Origin: Histomonas meleagridis 2922-C6/04-290x
Taxonomy: Eukaryota; Protista; Parabasalia
NCBI GenBank assembly: GCA_020184695.1
Contig: JAANOX010000035.1
Span: 62,001 to 126,000 of the forward strand
Reading direction: 5' to 3'
Length of the DNA stretch: 64,000 bases
The notes beneath the pieces were generated by a model that was given only the letters and a program-made list of their open reading frames with translations, made no database searches and had not been told where the DNA came from. Positions within the stretch are counted from its first letter, which is position 1; each line of letters begins with the position of its first letter. A program made the position numbers and the translations under genes. Shown here piece by piece: positions 32,101 to 43,448 of the stretch.

Positions 32101-33995
32101 AGATTGTTGGCTTTTATGCATCTTCATTTACACCAGAAAGTGTCCGTAAATTAATGTTACAAATTCCTTCATTATTAATTACAGGAGAAAGTGATCCATC
32201 GACAGTTCAACATTTTAATTTATTACAAAATCGATTAAATCGTATCACTAAGAATCGAGCTATTTTAACATTATTACATTTAACAGCTATTACTGAATTT
32301 AGTGATTTAACACCTATTAAACCATTGATACCAATCTGGGATAAATTATTTGATAATCCACCAGATTCATTAGAGAACATATTAAATATGATATTAAATG
32401 AAGTCAAATCTATTACTGATGCTAAAACACTTACAGCTTGTTGTATATCATTTTCAAGAGCATTCTTTAAATATCCTAAACAAACAGCTACATTTATATT
32501 ACAAAATTTACGTGTAACTACAGATCCTAATTTATCATTTGATAATTTTAAGCCTACAACAAATGAATTAGTAATATCAGCAGTATTAAGTTTCATCTTC
32601 GATTTAGAAACTGATCGACAACGTTTTGTTGTTTGTTTCTTAGATCATATTCGATTTATATTAGTATGGGCTATTTTCTTACGATTTAATCCATTATATG
32701 AACATCATCATTTACCACCATTAGTTACATCTATTATGCATGCAGCTGTTCCTGATTCAAGTTTACCATTATTTGTATTAGCTCCAAGTGAATGTGTAGC
32801 ACGTGCAGTTTATTTACCATTTAGACATACAACAGAATTAACATCAGCACAAATTGCTTCATTATTAGATGTATTAAAATCATTTTCTAAACTAACAGCA
32901 GAATTATTCTTAGATACAGTTGCAGCTAAAGCAAGTTCATTAGCAAAGTATTCACCTGATTTTTGGGTATTGTTTTCTAATTTCTTCCAACCTATACATA
33001 GTACGACATTCTTAAATTCATTTATAGCTAATGCACAAAACGTCGATTTAGAAACAGTATCAATGATGTTGCCATTACTTATTGGTATGGTGAAACAAAA
33101 TGCAGACCCTTCACATATAGCTGGATTTGTAGCAGTTATAGTGTTTATAATATCATCGACTAATGACTTAAACTTCTTAAAAGTTATTAACAAACATTTA
33201 CCAAAATTCGTTGATACTGTTATCGAGAATGAAGATTCATCAGAGATTATATCATCGACATTATTAACTATATTTGATGAACATGGAGGTGAAGAAGCTA
33301 TAGTTGAAAACATATTAAAACTAATACAAATCCCAGACAAAACTAATTCGAGTGACATGAAAAATGTTTTAACTTATATATATGAATTATCACGTTTATT
33401 ATCAATATCGAATGCGACATTTTCTTATACATCAATCATTTTGTTTATTTTTGATTCAATTCGTTGGTTAGAAAGTAATGAAATCGAATTTATGATATCA
33501 TTATCATTCTTAGGTTTAAGTCCTCCAAAGTCTTATGAAGAACTTTCTCAAATTATATTGGATAAATGGGTGCCGAAAATCGTTTCTTTCGCATTAAGAT
33601 GTGTCGCGAATTTCATAGGTAAAACAAATATAATTAAATGTTCACTGAAAAAGAACTTGATGAAGTTGATAATGATGATAACAAACGATTGGAAGAACGA
33701 AGAATTAATGCCACAAAAAGAGAAAATTAGAAATTTGTTGGTGATGACAATGATCGGAGCTGATAGTGAAACTTCAGAAACTTTGTACGAAATGTTTAAG
33801 AAGTTCATCGAAGTCATCGGAGATTCAGCTGAGTTTTCGTTGGTGGATACTGTCGAACCTTTGGAGAACGTAAAAGAAAACGGGCAAATCAAAAGATGTA
33901 TTGCGCAAAAGGCAACGCCGTCATTCTTGATGAACGAGAAGAACCCAACGCTATCAGAGGTATGCGAGTACATTCAGAATAACATTTTGAACTAA
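29151..33995 (+). CDS. Large uncharacterised alpha-helical (ARM/HEAT-like) protein
   Basis: 1614-aa open frame, L/I/F-rich amphipathic helical pattern; no diagnostic motif recognised. Confidence 0.7.
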   Translation: MKQEETLASLSNQWGVTALLVFMKESKVSYSTFSSNLNAQLSYIDDPNFSRHISKLSPGYETITTSDIAYYRITIENIILDLLDDSTLIHVLNSITKALKSAIVLGARILNPNKEVIRQRTSIKSGLSIPSSFYTTLNMLLSFIQKLFEKVPYQSLANLSTDIFDLMLDILLKRHQTNGIEGTILSILSSIPQYSSQIWNNILQISKMKEDRKTKGKLINLTEGVKVVRHYPESGDSSSTEFNLLEIISNIILLKGKWCFPLIIPIASSSLVFFFSKCKSINSNSAEALSSFVQAQFVHMSQNLKMESMLSFIGILPFSSETDFTTLLPKLLQILSKNYSIISSTSYFQVITRLVDGCVVRPNGCGNLFNLLTTTWFNFGKQITINPPYRDDSLLLINVFSSLFKVTPKETEDFFLKLLNSNLPSQTLYFIFSVVHILGLSDPQLVSKIAPAMVPIIKEIINKDDIPTEELQLVVPLLSVLWQSVPDFHSEITNLMVKCSKTKDITILGHAASFFIDIMEHYPVGSMPAKLLTTFSGQFLRRVDECVAEPNMTKNFKLYQSYVHAFIDYAQKAGDIVNEALWGQFLSLCESRLLVYALFPDNNITNVVKQTWKQLGKDTIVYKDKNPPMASIIPDITENTIYQLSKHTNFNGFDVRYLSLAAYFVRPNGQLPKNFHNAIAKLLFALYQTKYFENNEPLNQQVVSLLIHTLNDFTEQEILKLVCLSKNDSWYYIIQEISNNTQIPLSTKLRYVWSLSSHIKFAKTVLESEQIRKNLCIIFDAFIQSELPTTESQQSIEVIGAEFCATFVRTISKQFKDEQIFNDFNNLINKIISRLNPDSITLPDISHVFALLELIHALLDTKSIDNNTVESVLDWTLYIALKTKGSTILQLQCHDVVLSLVKNNTQSLPLIMQYCFRASSLTTAHVASAIISSGVSSTDLAILSLGLSGRPSMICRAISAEIANTSSNAKFSPLACIDPLFEEKIVGFYASSFTPESVRKLMLQIPSLLITGESDPSTVQHFNLLQNRLNRITKNRAILTLLHLTAITEFSDLTPIKPLIPIWDKLFDNPPDSLENILNMILNEVKSITDAKTLTACCISFSRAFFKYPKQTATFILQNLRVTTDPNLSFDNFKPTTNELVISAVLSFIFDLETDRQRFVVCFLDHIRFILVWAIFLRFNPLYEHHHLPPLVTSIMHAAVPDSSLPLFVLAPSECVARAVYLPFRHTTELTSAQIASLLDVLKSFSKLTAELFLDTVAAKASSLAKYSPDFWVLFSNFFQPIHSTTFLNSFIANAQNVDLETVSMMLPLLIGMVKQNADPSHIAGFVAVIVFIISSTNDLNFLKVINKHLPKFVDTVIENEDSSEIISSTLLTIFDEHGGEEAIVENILKLIQIPDKTNSSDMKNVLTYIYELSRLLSISNATFSYTSIILFIFDSIRWLESNEIEFMISLSFLGLSPPKSYEELSQIILDKWVPKIVSFALRCVANFIGKTNIIKCSLKKNLMKLIMMITNDWKNEELMPQKEKIRNLLVMTMIGADSETSETLYEMFKKFIEVIGDSAEFSLVDTVEPLENVKENGQIKRCIAQKATPSFLMNEKNPTLSEVCEYIQNNILN

Positions 33996-34305
33996 CTAAA
34001 CAATTTTATTGGTATTTTCTTTGTTTAATAACTTTTGCTAATGCATAAACTATTGTACAGTTTCGAATGGATTTTCATTTTTTTGTTATTTTTGGTATCA
34101 AATAATTTCAAAAATCATTGGATTTTTCAATTCATATGATTTCGTGATGCATATTACTAAGATATATTTTGATAATTATAAGCAGAATAGCATATTTTTT
34201 TGGAATTGATGGAAAAGTTGATAAAAGAACTGATTAAAAAAAAACTTTATGAAAAGTGTCTGTTTGGCTATTTGACTGTCTTTGTTTAGATTTGAAGGCA
34301 AGAAA

Positions 34306-35265
34306 ATGAACATGGACGAATACGAGCTGCCAAAGTTACGAGATGAAGGTGATATTTCAGGAGCTAATCTCCCTCAATACATTAAAAAATCACCATGGTA
34401 TTATAAAACCGAAGAAGGTGATTTAAGTTACTTAAGAATAGCACCTTATGCAGCTCAAAAAAAAACTGATTTATCCGAATTTTATGAGCACGGAAGTTCA
34501 AACAGACGTGTCGCTGTTAAGTGGAAGCCAGGTTGCTGCAAAAATTGTGGTTCTAGCACTCATACAGAATTTGAATGTACAGAAAGACCACGAAAGCGAA
34601 ATGCTCGTGTTATGACCCACAGCATAGCCTCAGAAGAAAAAATTGAAAAGCATGATCTTAATTATGCTGCCAAACGAGATAATTATTCCAATTATTCAAG
34701 TCAAAAGTGGTGGCATGATGTCAGAAATTCTTACAGCTATGCCCAAAGGGTATCTAGTGGAGCACAACAGCCAATAGAAACAAGTAATCCAATTCAACCA
34801 AAATATGGAAATAGTGGATTTAGAAATCGTCAAGATATTGCAAGATATATTGCAGTTATAGGAACCAACAAACCCGTTGCCCCTGAAAACGATGATATTT
34901 TTGTAAAACCTGGAGGTAAAAGTAATGAAAAAGAATTCCAAGGATTGATGGCATGGGAAGGCTACGAGCTCAACACCAACAAGCCCAAAGAGAAGAAGGA
35001 AGAACGCGCTATTGAACAACAGCATTACCGTAACTTTTACGAGAGCAAGGAAATATTGGCCAGATCAGCAAATAATGAAATTGTCGAAATTGTTGAAGCG
35101 CCAATACCAAAGAGCGAAAAGTATGGCGATGAAGAAGATAAATTCACTAATGGGCACACGGCGGTGTATGGATCATATTTCGATAACGGGAAATGGGGAT
35201 ACGCATGCTGCAGACAAACAGACAAAAACTGCTTCTGTACAAATGCAAATCCGGTGGACGCATAA
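34306..35265 (+). CDS. SLU7: Pre-mRNA splicing factor SLU7
   Basis: LPQYIKKSPWY, zinc knuckle WKPGCCKNCGSSTHTEFECTERPRK, YAAKRD, C-terminal GHTAVYGSYFDNGKWGYACC. First ATG is at 34306. Confidence 0.9.
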   Translation: MNMDEYELPKLRDEGDISGANLPQYIKKSPWYYKTEEGDLSYLRIAPYAAQKKTDLSEFYEHGSSNRRVAVKWKPGCCKNCGSSTHTEFECTERPRKRNARVMTHSIASEEKIEKHDLNYAAKRDNYSNYSSQKWWHDVRNSYSYAQRVSSGAQQPIETSNPIQPKYGNSGFRNRQDIARYIAVIGTNKPVAPENDDIFVKPGGKSNEKEFQGLMAWEGYELNTNKPKEKKEERAIEQQHYRNFYESKEILARSANNEIVEIVEAPIPKSEKYGDEEDKFTNGHTAVYGSYFDNGKWGYACCRQTDKNCFCTNANPVDA

Positions 35266-35800
35266 ACAATTGTTACGTCTTTTTAATTGGTTTTCTTTTC
35301 ATAAGTTCTGTTTGAATTATATATAAAAATGTTAACTTTATTAATTTAAAATCTTCATAAGATTTTGATAAATGGATATGTTAAATGGATGAAAAAATTG
35401 TTACTATTTTGAGATATGTTTTGGTATACCATAATAATTAAAATTGTTTGGAAATTCGAGTTTTGGAATTTTCAGAATCTCTTCATTATCTTTAATAAAT
35501 ATGAAATCATTAGACAATATGTGTTATCAACGATTTTGCTTGATTATGTTATTGCATTTAAATTTTTTATATTTCATTTAATTTTCAGCAAGTTCAGTAA
35601 TTTATATAAAGAAAATGAAATAATAATTCCAAAAAATAGAAAAATTATATAACAACACGTGTTATTCATATGAGATTTGATTAAAATGTTGAACATTGCC
35701 AATTCAACTTTTATCAAATGAATCACATTTTAAAACCAAAAAAAACTAAAAAATGTAATTTATTTCATACAATTATTTGCTTAACATTTATCATACAATT

Positions 35801-36643
35801 TCAATGTTCAGTGATTGGCCTTGATGACAAGTACGGCGTTGATTTCATTGCGAACGTACGATTCGTTTTTGGCTTTTTTGTCATTGTTCTCTGTGAATTT
35901 GATTTGTTTTGGAATGTTATTTGTTCTATAATCATTTTCGACAAGTCCGGTTGGAATGGAACTGACTTTCGTTTGTATGATGACTTCATAACTTTCGGTT
36001 TTTTGATGACCGATGCTTCTTGATCGAGATTAAATCGTCGAGTAGTTTTATGATGCACAAGTTGCTTCAATGCAATTGGATTCTCATGAATCGATTCTTG
36101 CTTTTGATCTGATTTATGAGAGTCATCATTGTTTGTAAAAGATCGTTTGATTAAATTTAATTCTTTCTTGAAAGAATCAATGTTCTGATCAAACTGATTT
36201 TTGATAATGCTGACATTGCTTTTGATTTGTTCAAGTTCAAGCCTGGTTGTAGTGAAAACTGATTGAATTGTTTCATCAAGAAAAACTTTAGTAGATAAAT
36301 TAATTTCTTGAAGAAGATTATCAACATAATGTCTGTCAGCTTTGTCGGGTAGATCAAGAATATGAGCTTTGTTTTCGCATTGATTATTAAATTTTTCGAT
36401 GAAAACTTTATATGAATTAGTTGTATCATGTCTTTTAATTAAATCAAAAACATCACTCCAGTTGTCGTCATAAATTTCGAATTTAGTTGAAGAAACTTGA
36501 ATATTTTGGAAATCTTGATTATCGACTTCATCAGAATCTATTGAATTTCCATACTCTTTCGGAGATAGTACAAATAATTGATCTTGCAATATTGCAATTC
36601 TCTGATCAATTGAATTGGAAAAATTTTGGATTTTTTCGTCCAT
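35801..36643 (-). CDS. Uncharacterised coiled-coil protein
   Basis: 280-aa ATG ORF with coding-like composition; no family recognised. Confidence 0.55.
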   Translation of the reverse strand: MDEKIQNFSNSIDQRIAILQDQLFVLSPKEYGNSIDSDEVDNQDFQNIQVSSTKFEIYDDNWSDVFDLIKRHDTTNSYKVFIEKFNNQCENKAHILDLPDKADRHYVDNLLQEINLSTKVFLDETIQSVFTTTRLELEQIKSNVSIIKNQFDQNIDSFKKELNLIKRSFTNNDDSHKSDQKQESIHENPIALKQLVHHKTTRRFNLDQEASVIKKPKVMKSSYKRKSVPFQPDLSKMIIEQITFQNKSNSQRTMTKKPKTNRTFAMKSTPYLSSRPITEH

Positions 36644-37066
36644 ACAATTGTTAATCCGTTATATTCAAATTAACGGTCACTCCCTCGCTTTTGGACATAA
36701 AATGTTTGGAATAATATAATCATTGTTTTGCTTTAAAGAGTGTAAAATTGCTTATGTTAACATTAACCGCATAGAAAAAGAATTAGTTATGAAATAATTC
36801 ATTGCTAGCTCAATATATTGAACGCAAATTGTTCAATCTTAATAAGAAATTACTTATGTAGATAACATCATATTTTAAGCATCCATTTTTTTTGAATGAT
36901 TTTGGTATTAATGTGTTCATTGTAGAAAATTACACGAATGAAGGAATATTCCGACATTAATCACTTTTGACGATAGGCATTCGTAAACAGGGCACCCCTG
37001 TTCGTTTCACATTGTCCTTCAAAACCGCCTAAACTGCCAAAAATTTATCACTTCACATTTATTCTA

Positions 37067-38159
37067 ATGGCTGAAGACGAAGTTCAAACATTAGTTATCG
37101 ATAATGGTTCCGGTATGTGCAAGGCTGGTTTTGCTGGTGATGAAGCACCACGCTCAGTTTTCCCATCCATTGTTGGTCGTCCAAAGTATGTCCAAACAAT
37201 CGCTGGTGGTCAAAATAAGGATACATATGTTGGTGATGAAGCATGCGCTAAGGCAGGTATCCTCATCCTCAAGTACCCAATTGAACACGGTATCGTTACC
37301 AACTGGGACGATATGGAAAAGATCTGGCACCACACATTCTACAACGAATTACGTGTTGACCCAGCTGAACATCCAGTTCTTCTTACAGAAGCCCCAATGA
37401 ACCCAAAGGCTAACCGTGAAAAGATGATCCAACTCCAATTCGGTTCTTTCCCTTTTACTCATCAGGTCGTACAACCGGTATCGTTTTCGATGCAGGTGAT
37501 GGTGTTTTCCCACACAGTTCCAATCTACGAAGGCTACTCCCTTCCACACGCCATCATGCGTATCAACCTCGCCGGTCGTGATCTCACAGCCTACCTCCAA
37601 AAGATCCTTAACGAACGTGGTTACACCTTCACAACATCCGCCGAAAAGGAAATTGTTCGTGATATCAAGGAGAAGCACGCATATGTTGCTCTTGATTTCG
37701 ACGAAGAAATGAACAAGGCCGCCACAACATCCGAATGCGATATCTCATACACACTTCCAGATGGTAACGTCATCACCATCGCCAACGAGCGCTTCAGGTG
37801 CCCAGAACTTCTTTTTCAAGCCACACTTCAACGGCTTCGAATTCGAAGGTATTGACCAAACCCTCTTCAACTCCATCATGGCATGCGATATCGATGTCCG
37901 TAAGGATCTCTACGCTAACATTGTTCTCTCTGGTGGTACCACAATGTTCGAAGGTCTCCCAGAACGTATGGAGAAGGAAATGGTCCGCCTCGCACCACCA
38001 ACAATGAAGATCAAAGTCGTCGCCCCACCAGAACGTAAGTACGCAGTTTGGATCGGTGGCTCCATCCTTGCATCACTCGCCACATTCCCACAAATGGTTA
38101 TCACACGTGACGAATACAACGAAGCTGGTCCAGGAATTGTCCACCGCAAGTGCTTCTAA
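37067..38159 (+). pseudogene. ACT: Actin gene copy with a ~41-nt deletion and three +1 T insertions (pseudogene or assembly error)
   Basis: Canonical actin termini ([22 protein letters not shown]...VHRKCF). About 14 conserved residues are missing at junction 37442/37443. Extra T in the runs at 37453-56, 37505-08 and 37812-16. Confidence 0.9.
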
Positions 38160-39461
38160 ACAATTTGATATGGCTGAAATTTTTATATTTTTTGTAACCA
38201 TCAAAAGCCGAATTGTATTTTTGCATCTGATGCATTTCGTTGTTTTATTTAATTTCTCTTCTGTTGGTGCACGTGCACATGGTTTGTTAAAAAGATATTT
38301 CATTCACGTGAGAATATGCGAGTTATGATAATTTGTTGTTTTTAAAAGCTCAAGGGAACATTTTAAACTAACACGTATGGTTTAAACCATGGCACCACTT
38401 AATTTCTTCCATTATACATAAGATTAACTTTATATAGGTCAATATTTTATCACTGAAAAATATGCAAAGCTTAAAAGAAAAGATACCTTAATTAAAAACT
38501 TTTTGATTAGAAAACAACTCTTGTAAAGTTATGGTATCATTATTTTTTATTTTCATGAAGAAGCATGTAAACTATTTTTTTGTAACTATTTTCGGATTCT
38601 GATGTAACTGGTGTTTTAAATATTTATAATAATTTTATGATCCAAAAAACACTGAATAATCAATTAATGTAATATTTCTTTGATTAATAAATGAACATCT
38701 TTCATATAGCAATGGATTAATAAATTGATTAAATAAAATTTTAACTGTGATGATATTTATTGAAGTTTTTCTATTTCATCATTTCAAATTATTTTTGCAA
38801 ATTCATTCTGATTAACTCCTTTTGTAATTAAATACCTATGATATTCAAAAACATTCTTTGAAATTTTAATAAAGATAATGATTTTTTAAATTATTTAATG
38901 ATTTAGTTGAAAAATAAGATGAAAAATAAAAAAGAATTTTTATTTTTAATTGATTTTATTGAAATTAATTTCATTTCAAAAATAAAAATAAAACATGATC
39001 CCTTTGGGGTTATATCAAGAAGAAAACATTTAAATATATTAATTATTTCAGAATTATTTTTACGTATTTTTTTTGATGTTTTCAATTTCTATCATTCGGT
39101 TAACCTTAACATATAAATTAAAATCTTTCATTTGTGAAACAATTGATGAATATATCAATCGACTGAATAATCAAGAATAAATAAGTTAATATAACATTAT
39201 CACCATTTAAAAGTTTCATAGTAACAAAAACGGATTCAAAAATATTATCTTCACCTTCTTCAACCAAAAAATAATATCTTCAAGAGATTCTAAAACATAC
39301 ATAAACTTTGTTGGACAATAATTAAAATCTTTTATGTAATACATTTTTGATATATTACAACCTGGAACGAAAAATGATTTTAAAAAATTTTGAACAAATG
39401 ATATTTATTAAATATGATTCTATATAATATTCACTTTTACTTTCTGTACATTTTGTCACAT

Positions 39462-40220
39462 TTATCTCATTTGCATTTCATCGATCAACTTTTGCATATT
39501 ATTTGCATTGTTTTTCATCTTCTTTGTTGCATGAGCAAGTGCTTTAATTGCCTTCGTGTTCATCATCAGCACGTCTTTTGCCGAAGTGAGTGAAGTTTCA
39601 CTCACTTCAATATCGCTGTGAGCGGCCATTGATTCTCTCAGTAGATTTGACTTGAGACGAATTGTGTTTAGCGCTGCAACATATTTATTTGGCTTATCGA
39701 TTTCAGAACGAAGTTCTTCGAGATGATCATACATCTGATGTTCTTCAGAAGTGAATTGTTTTGTTTGGAGAGCATTGATTTCTTCAACTTCCAAAACACC
39801 CATTAGAAGTTGATTGATTTGATCATTTTTCTCAGAGACGAGAATTAATTGATTAGTAACTTCTTCATTATATTCATCTCGTAATTCGCATATTCGAGTA
39901 CGCATGTCATCTAGCTTATTACGCATTTCTTTGATAATGGCTTCTTGTGCTCCCACACGCCCTTCAAGATCAGTGAAATCTTGTAAAACATTTGGTTTCA
40001 TTGTGTCCTCTGGAACTGATGCATTGGCTTGCTCCCATTGTTCGGCAGTTAGGCATGCTGGTGCTTGATTTCCAATTGTTGATGTTGTTGTTTTTGTATC
40101 ATAAACTATTACCTTAAAACGAAATGACTTGGAGTTTTTATCATATGAATCACGGATCTTATAAAGCCTTTGAAGGAGCGGATCGGATGGTGGAGGAGGA
40201 GGTGCTGCTTGACCAAACAT
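39462..40220 (-). CDS. Nup54-like nucleoporin (alpha-helical domain, short FG-type N-terminus)
   Basis: MFGQ..., SFRFKVIVYD, WEQANASVP...KPNVLQDFTDLEGRVGAQ followed by coiled coil. Confidence 0.55.
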   Translation of the reverse strand: MFGQAAPPPPPSDPLLQRLYKIRDSYDKNSKSFRFKVIVYDTKTTTSTIGNQAPACLTAEQWEQANASVPEDTMKPNVLQDFTDLEGRVGAQEAIIKEMRNKLDDMRTRICELRDEYNEEVTNQLILVSEKNDQINQLLMGVLEVEEINALQTKQFTSEEHQMYDHLEELRSEIDKPNKYVAALNTIRLKSNLLRESMAAHSDIEVSETSLTSAKDVLMMNTKAIKALAHATKKMKNNANNMQKLIDEMQMR

Positions 40221-40295
40221 ATAATGTTATATTTGGGGCAGCCGTTTACTAATTTCACAGTCAGTGTTCAGTTTCGAAGCACAAAATTTCTCGAA

Positions 40296-41555
40296 ATGGA
40301 AGAAACACAAATTTCACGAACATTAAATGTTCAAGAAAGAGTGATTGAACGTCTTTCGGAAGAAGTTCAATATAGAGAATCATTTCAATATATCGTTTCT
40401 ACAACAAAATCAGACATATTTTGGTCAAGAGTTGATGAACTTCCATTAGTATTAAGCGCAGAATTACACAGCTTGGAGGCATCAATTCCATGCAAAACAC
40501 ATGACTTCCCATATTCTTCACTCTCACCATTGTTTCAAGATTTCTATATGGCAAATATTTTATCTCATGAAGAAAAACCAAGCATACCATCATGCTCTGC
40601 TTACTTCAGCTTTGGTGGTGAAGCTGTTGATGAAATTTTATCTAAAATAAATGGTTGGGAAAAAATTGATGGTGTATGGAATTGTGAATCAATTCCATTT
40701 GATATCAAATCACTTTGCTATATGTTCGATTCATATTGCATGGTGCTTAAGCCATGGTTATTTTGTCCCATTCCCGAAATCCGTTCATCCTACATTGAAT
40801 GTGACAAAATTTTACATAACACAGACACCAAATATGACTTTTCCAAAGTATACGAAAAGATGCGCAACTTTGAATATGCATCAAAAGATTCACTTTCGGA
40901 AGATATCAATTCACTCACTTCACACAAACTAATCGACAACATAAATGATTTTAATATCCCTCCTTCTATATGTACTTGTCTTTCTACTGCCATGCATTTC
41001 TCATTAGATCTTCACAAATCTCGCCAAGGCCGAATATCATCATTCCACAATGACGAATGGACCCAGCGAGTCACCGCTAACCTTGTGCAGCAAATGGCTC
41101 TTCCATTTGGCGAACGTTATAGTCTTGAATCTTCACAAAATCTCAAGCAAGCGCGCGCTTGTCAAACCACAGACCTTTCGCCGCCAAAGAATTCGCTTTT
41201 CGAGCTTCTCTTCGGCACCATGAATGATGTCTGCGTGCCTATGCCTTACACTGGTGTTCAAGTTGAAGTTCCATATAAATCGCAGACTGAAATGTGCAAA
41301 TCTGCAATAAGAAGATTCGCTTCGAAGCAGCTAATGACGCATTGTCGTGGGTATAAGGCGGTATCAGAGACAGCACTCGAAATGCTCGTTGATGTGTCGT
41401 ATGAATTCATAAGAGACATAGCAAAAGATGCAATGGTAATGAAAAAGGCATCCTCAAGAGCAAGCGCAAAAGAAACATTGAGTCAGGTGTTGATGAATAA
41501 GGGATTCGACTCTAGAACAAACTCAGCTAATGCAAACTTCTTCTCATGGAAGTGA
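40296..41555 (+). CDS. Protein with C-terminal bromodomain-associated (BTP) histone fold, Spt7/TAF8-like
   Basis: IRRFASKQLMTHCRGYKAVSETALEMLVDVSYEFIRDIAKDA; first ATG is at 40296. Confidence 0.5.
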   Translation: MEETQISRTLNVQERVIERLSEEVQYRESFQYIVSTTKSDIFWSRVDELPLVLSAELHSLEASIPCKTHDFPYSSLSPLFQDFYMANILSHEEKPSIPSCSAYFSFGGEAVDEILSKINGWEKIDGVWNCESIPFDIKSLCYMFDSYCMVLKPWLFCPIPEIRSSYIECDKILHNTDTKYDFSKVYEKMRNFEYASKDSLSEDINSLTSHKLIDNINDFNIPPSICTCLSTAMHFSLDLHKSRQGRISSFHNDEWTQRVTANLVQQMALPFGERYSLESSQNLKQARACQTTDLSPPKNSLFELLFGTMNDVCVPMPYTGVQVEVPYKSQTEMCKSAIRRFASKQLMTHCRGYKAVSETALEMLVDVSYEFIRDIAKDAMVMKKASSRASAKETLSQVLMNKGFDSRTNSANANFFSWK

Positions 41556-41923
41556 AATTCATGTACATATAAAGTTTTATTGTTTAAATTTAGCAAATAA
41601 TTAAATTATTATTGAAAAAATGATTTTAAGAGATATTAATGATGTACTTTATTACCTAAAGTCAAAAAAAATTCTGCTTTTAAAAGTTTTTATAAAAAAA
41701 AATGAATTTAAAAAAAATGAATGAATGTTTATGCCGAACCTTCTATAGAAATAAAAGGCAAATACAACCATCATAACATTACGCATAAAACAAGTGTGAT
41801 AAACTTTTTAAAAATTATTAAATTGGATTTTGACGAAATAGGTAAACAAATGATTTTCACATGACATGTCTCAATACGAAGTGAATTCACTTGCTTTACA
41901 ACACCATTATTTCACTAAAACAT

Positions 41924-42304
41924 ATGATGAAAAGAGGAATAAGAACTGGACGTCCAAAGTTCCATATTCGTGCACAGTATATAACATATGAAGGTCCTGA
42001 AGGGATTGAGAAATATCAACTCGATTCTAAAGGTAAATTGAGTAAAAATGATCTTTTTAATCCAGTCAAAATACATCAAGGAGAAGGTTCTACATTTCCA
42101 TTGGTAAAAAACGAGAAGATAGAAGAACCAAAATTTGATGATTTTGAAATCCAAGGATTTTATTTGGAAAATCCTTTAAATTTCCTCAATTGTAATAACG
42201 AAACATTTTGTGATAGTTTCGCAATTGATGAAAATAATTTTGATAATTATCAATTTAATAATTTTTATGATAATTACCCATTTCAATATGGGGATGGTCT
42301 TTAA
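41924..42304 (+). CDS. Small uncharacterised protein
   Basis: ATG at 41924 preceded by TCACT Inr; basic N-terminus, F/D/N-rich C-terminus. Confidence 0.5.
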   Translation: MMKRGIRTGRPKFHIRAQYITYEGPEGIEKYQLDSKGKLSKNDLFNPVKIHQGEGSTFPLVKNEKIEEPKFDDFEIQGFYLENPLNFLNCNNETFCDSFAIDENNFDNYQFNNFYDNYPFQYGDGL

Positions 42305-42770
42305 GTAGGCCAAGTTAGAGGAAATTTTATCCTCATTTAAAAAACTCAAATAATTTTATTAATTTAAAATATTAAGTTCTTAATAAATAAAGATGTTTAA
42401 TGCAATTTTTTACTTTTGTTTGTTTTTTTAGAAATAAGTAATTCGAACACCAATGAGATCATTTACTAAAATCTGTAATCATGATTTCTTTTTCATGGAA
42501 ACAGACCAAATTGATTTTTCGAATTGTGGTTTGTACTTTTTTTCTCCAAACAAGTTAGACATTAATCAGACTATAGCTTCATCTGATAACTTATTTAAAA
42601 TTTGATAAAAGAATCATAGTGTTTCAAAAAGGACATTCGATAATCTGAAAATAAAACCAAAATCTTAAGCACCTTATGAAATATTAAATTATTTTAATTT
42701 TTGAAGTTGCAAGAAAAAAAATTTGACGACCGTTTGAGCACACCAAAAGTAATTCAAAAAAATATTTAAA

Positions 42771-43145
42771 TTAAAAGAAACTTCCTCCTGGGAAAGGCCA
42801 TATCGCTCGCATCGCATCATCAAGTTTAGCTATTGCTCTGTTTTCTGCATGGACATCTGATTTTTTACAAATGAAATCATGAAACGCAGTAACGTCAGGA
42901 AAATTATCGAATTTTATTGTAACTTCTTTAGTAGTAGTGATGATTAAAAGAGTTGTATAGTCTGATTGATCGATTTCTGAGATAACACTTTTTAAAGGAT
43001 ATGAATACCTTGCTTTTCTCGAATCCTGGGATTCCAATATTTCAAAACAATAGCTTCCTTTTTCTTCTTCTCTAAATCTTGCCCAACCTTCTTTTACTTT
43101 TCCTTTTTCACTATATGAGATTCTGGTTTTTTGTGGAACTTCCAT
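42771..43145 (-). CDS. Small protein, possibly PH-like fold
   Basis: 124 aa; beta-rich KEGWARF...FEIL...TLLIITTTKEVTIKF followed by a C-terminal helix. Confidence 0.5.
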   Translation of the reverse strand: MEVPQKTRISYSEKGKVKEGWARFREEEKGSYCFEILESQDSRKARYSYPLKSVISEIDQSDYTTLLIITTTKEVTIKFDNFPDVTAFHDFICKKSDVHAENRAIAKLDDAMRAIWPFPGGSFF

Positions 43146-43448
43146 CCTAATATTTCACTAAACATTTCTTTCTGCGAAATATACGGTTATTAACGTTATT
43201 GTTTGAAAATCAACTTTTTAAATTCTTTGACACTTTTTAGCACAAGGAAAGTTGATAATCATTTTATATCTTACTTAAACATGAAGAATAAGTGAGACAA
43301 AGTTACACCTGATTCACTTAAGACATTCTAATAAAATCTTATAATAAATATGCTATACAATATGAACTTTTTAATAAAAAATCATTTTTAATAAAAAATA
43401 AATATCGATAAATTTTTTAATAAATCTATTCTAGTCCAATAAATGAAA

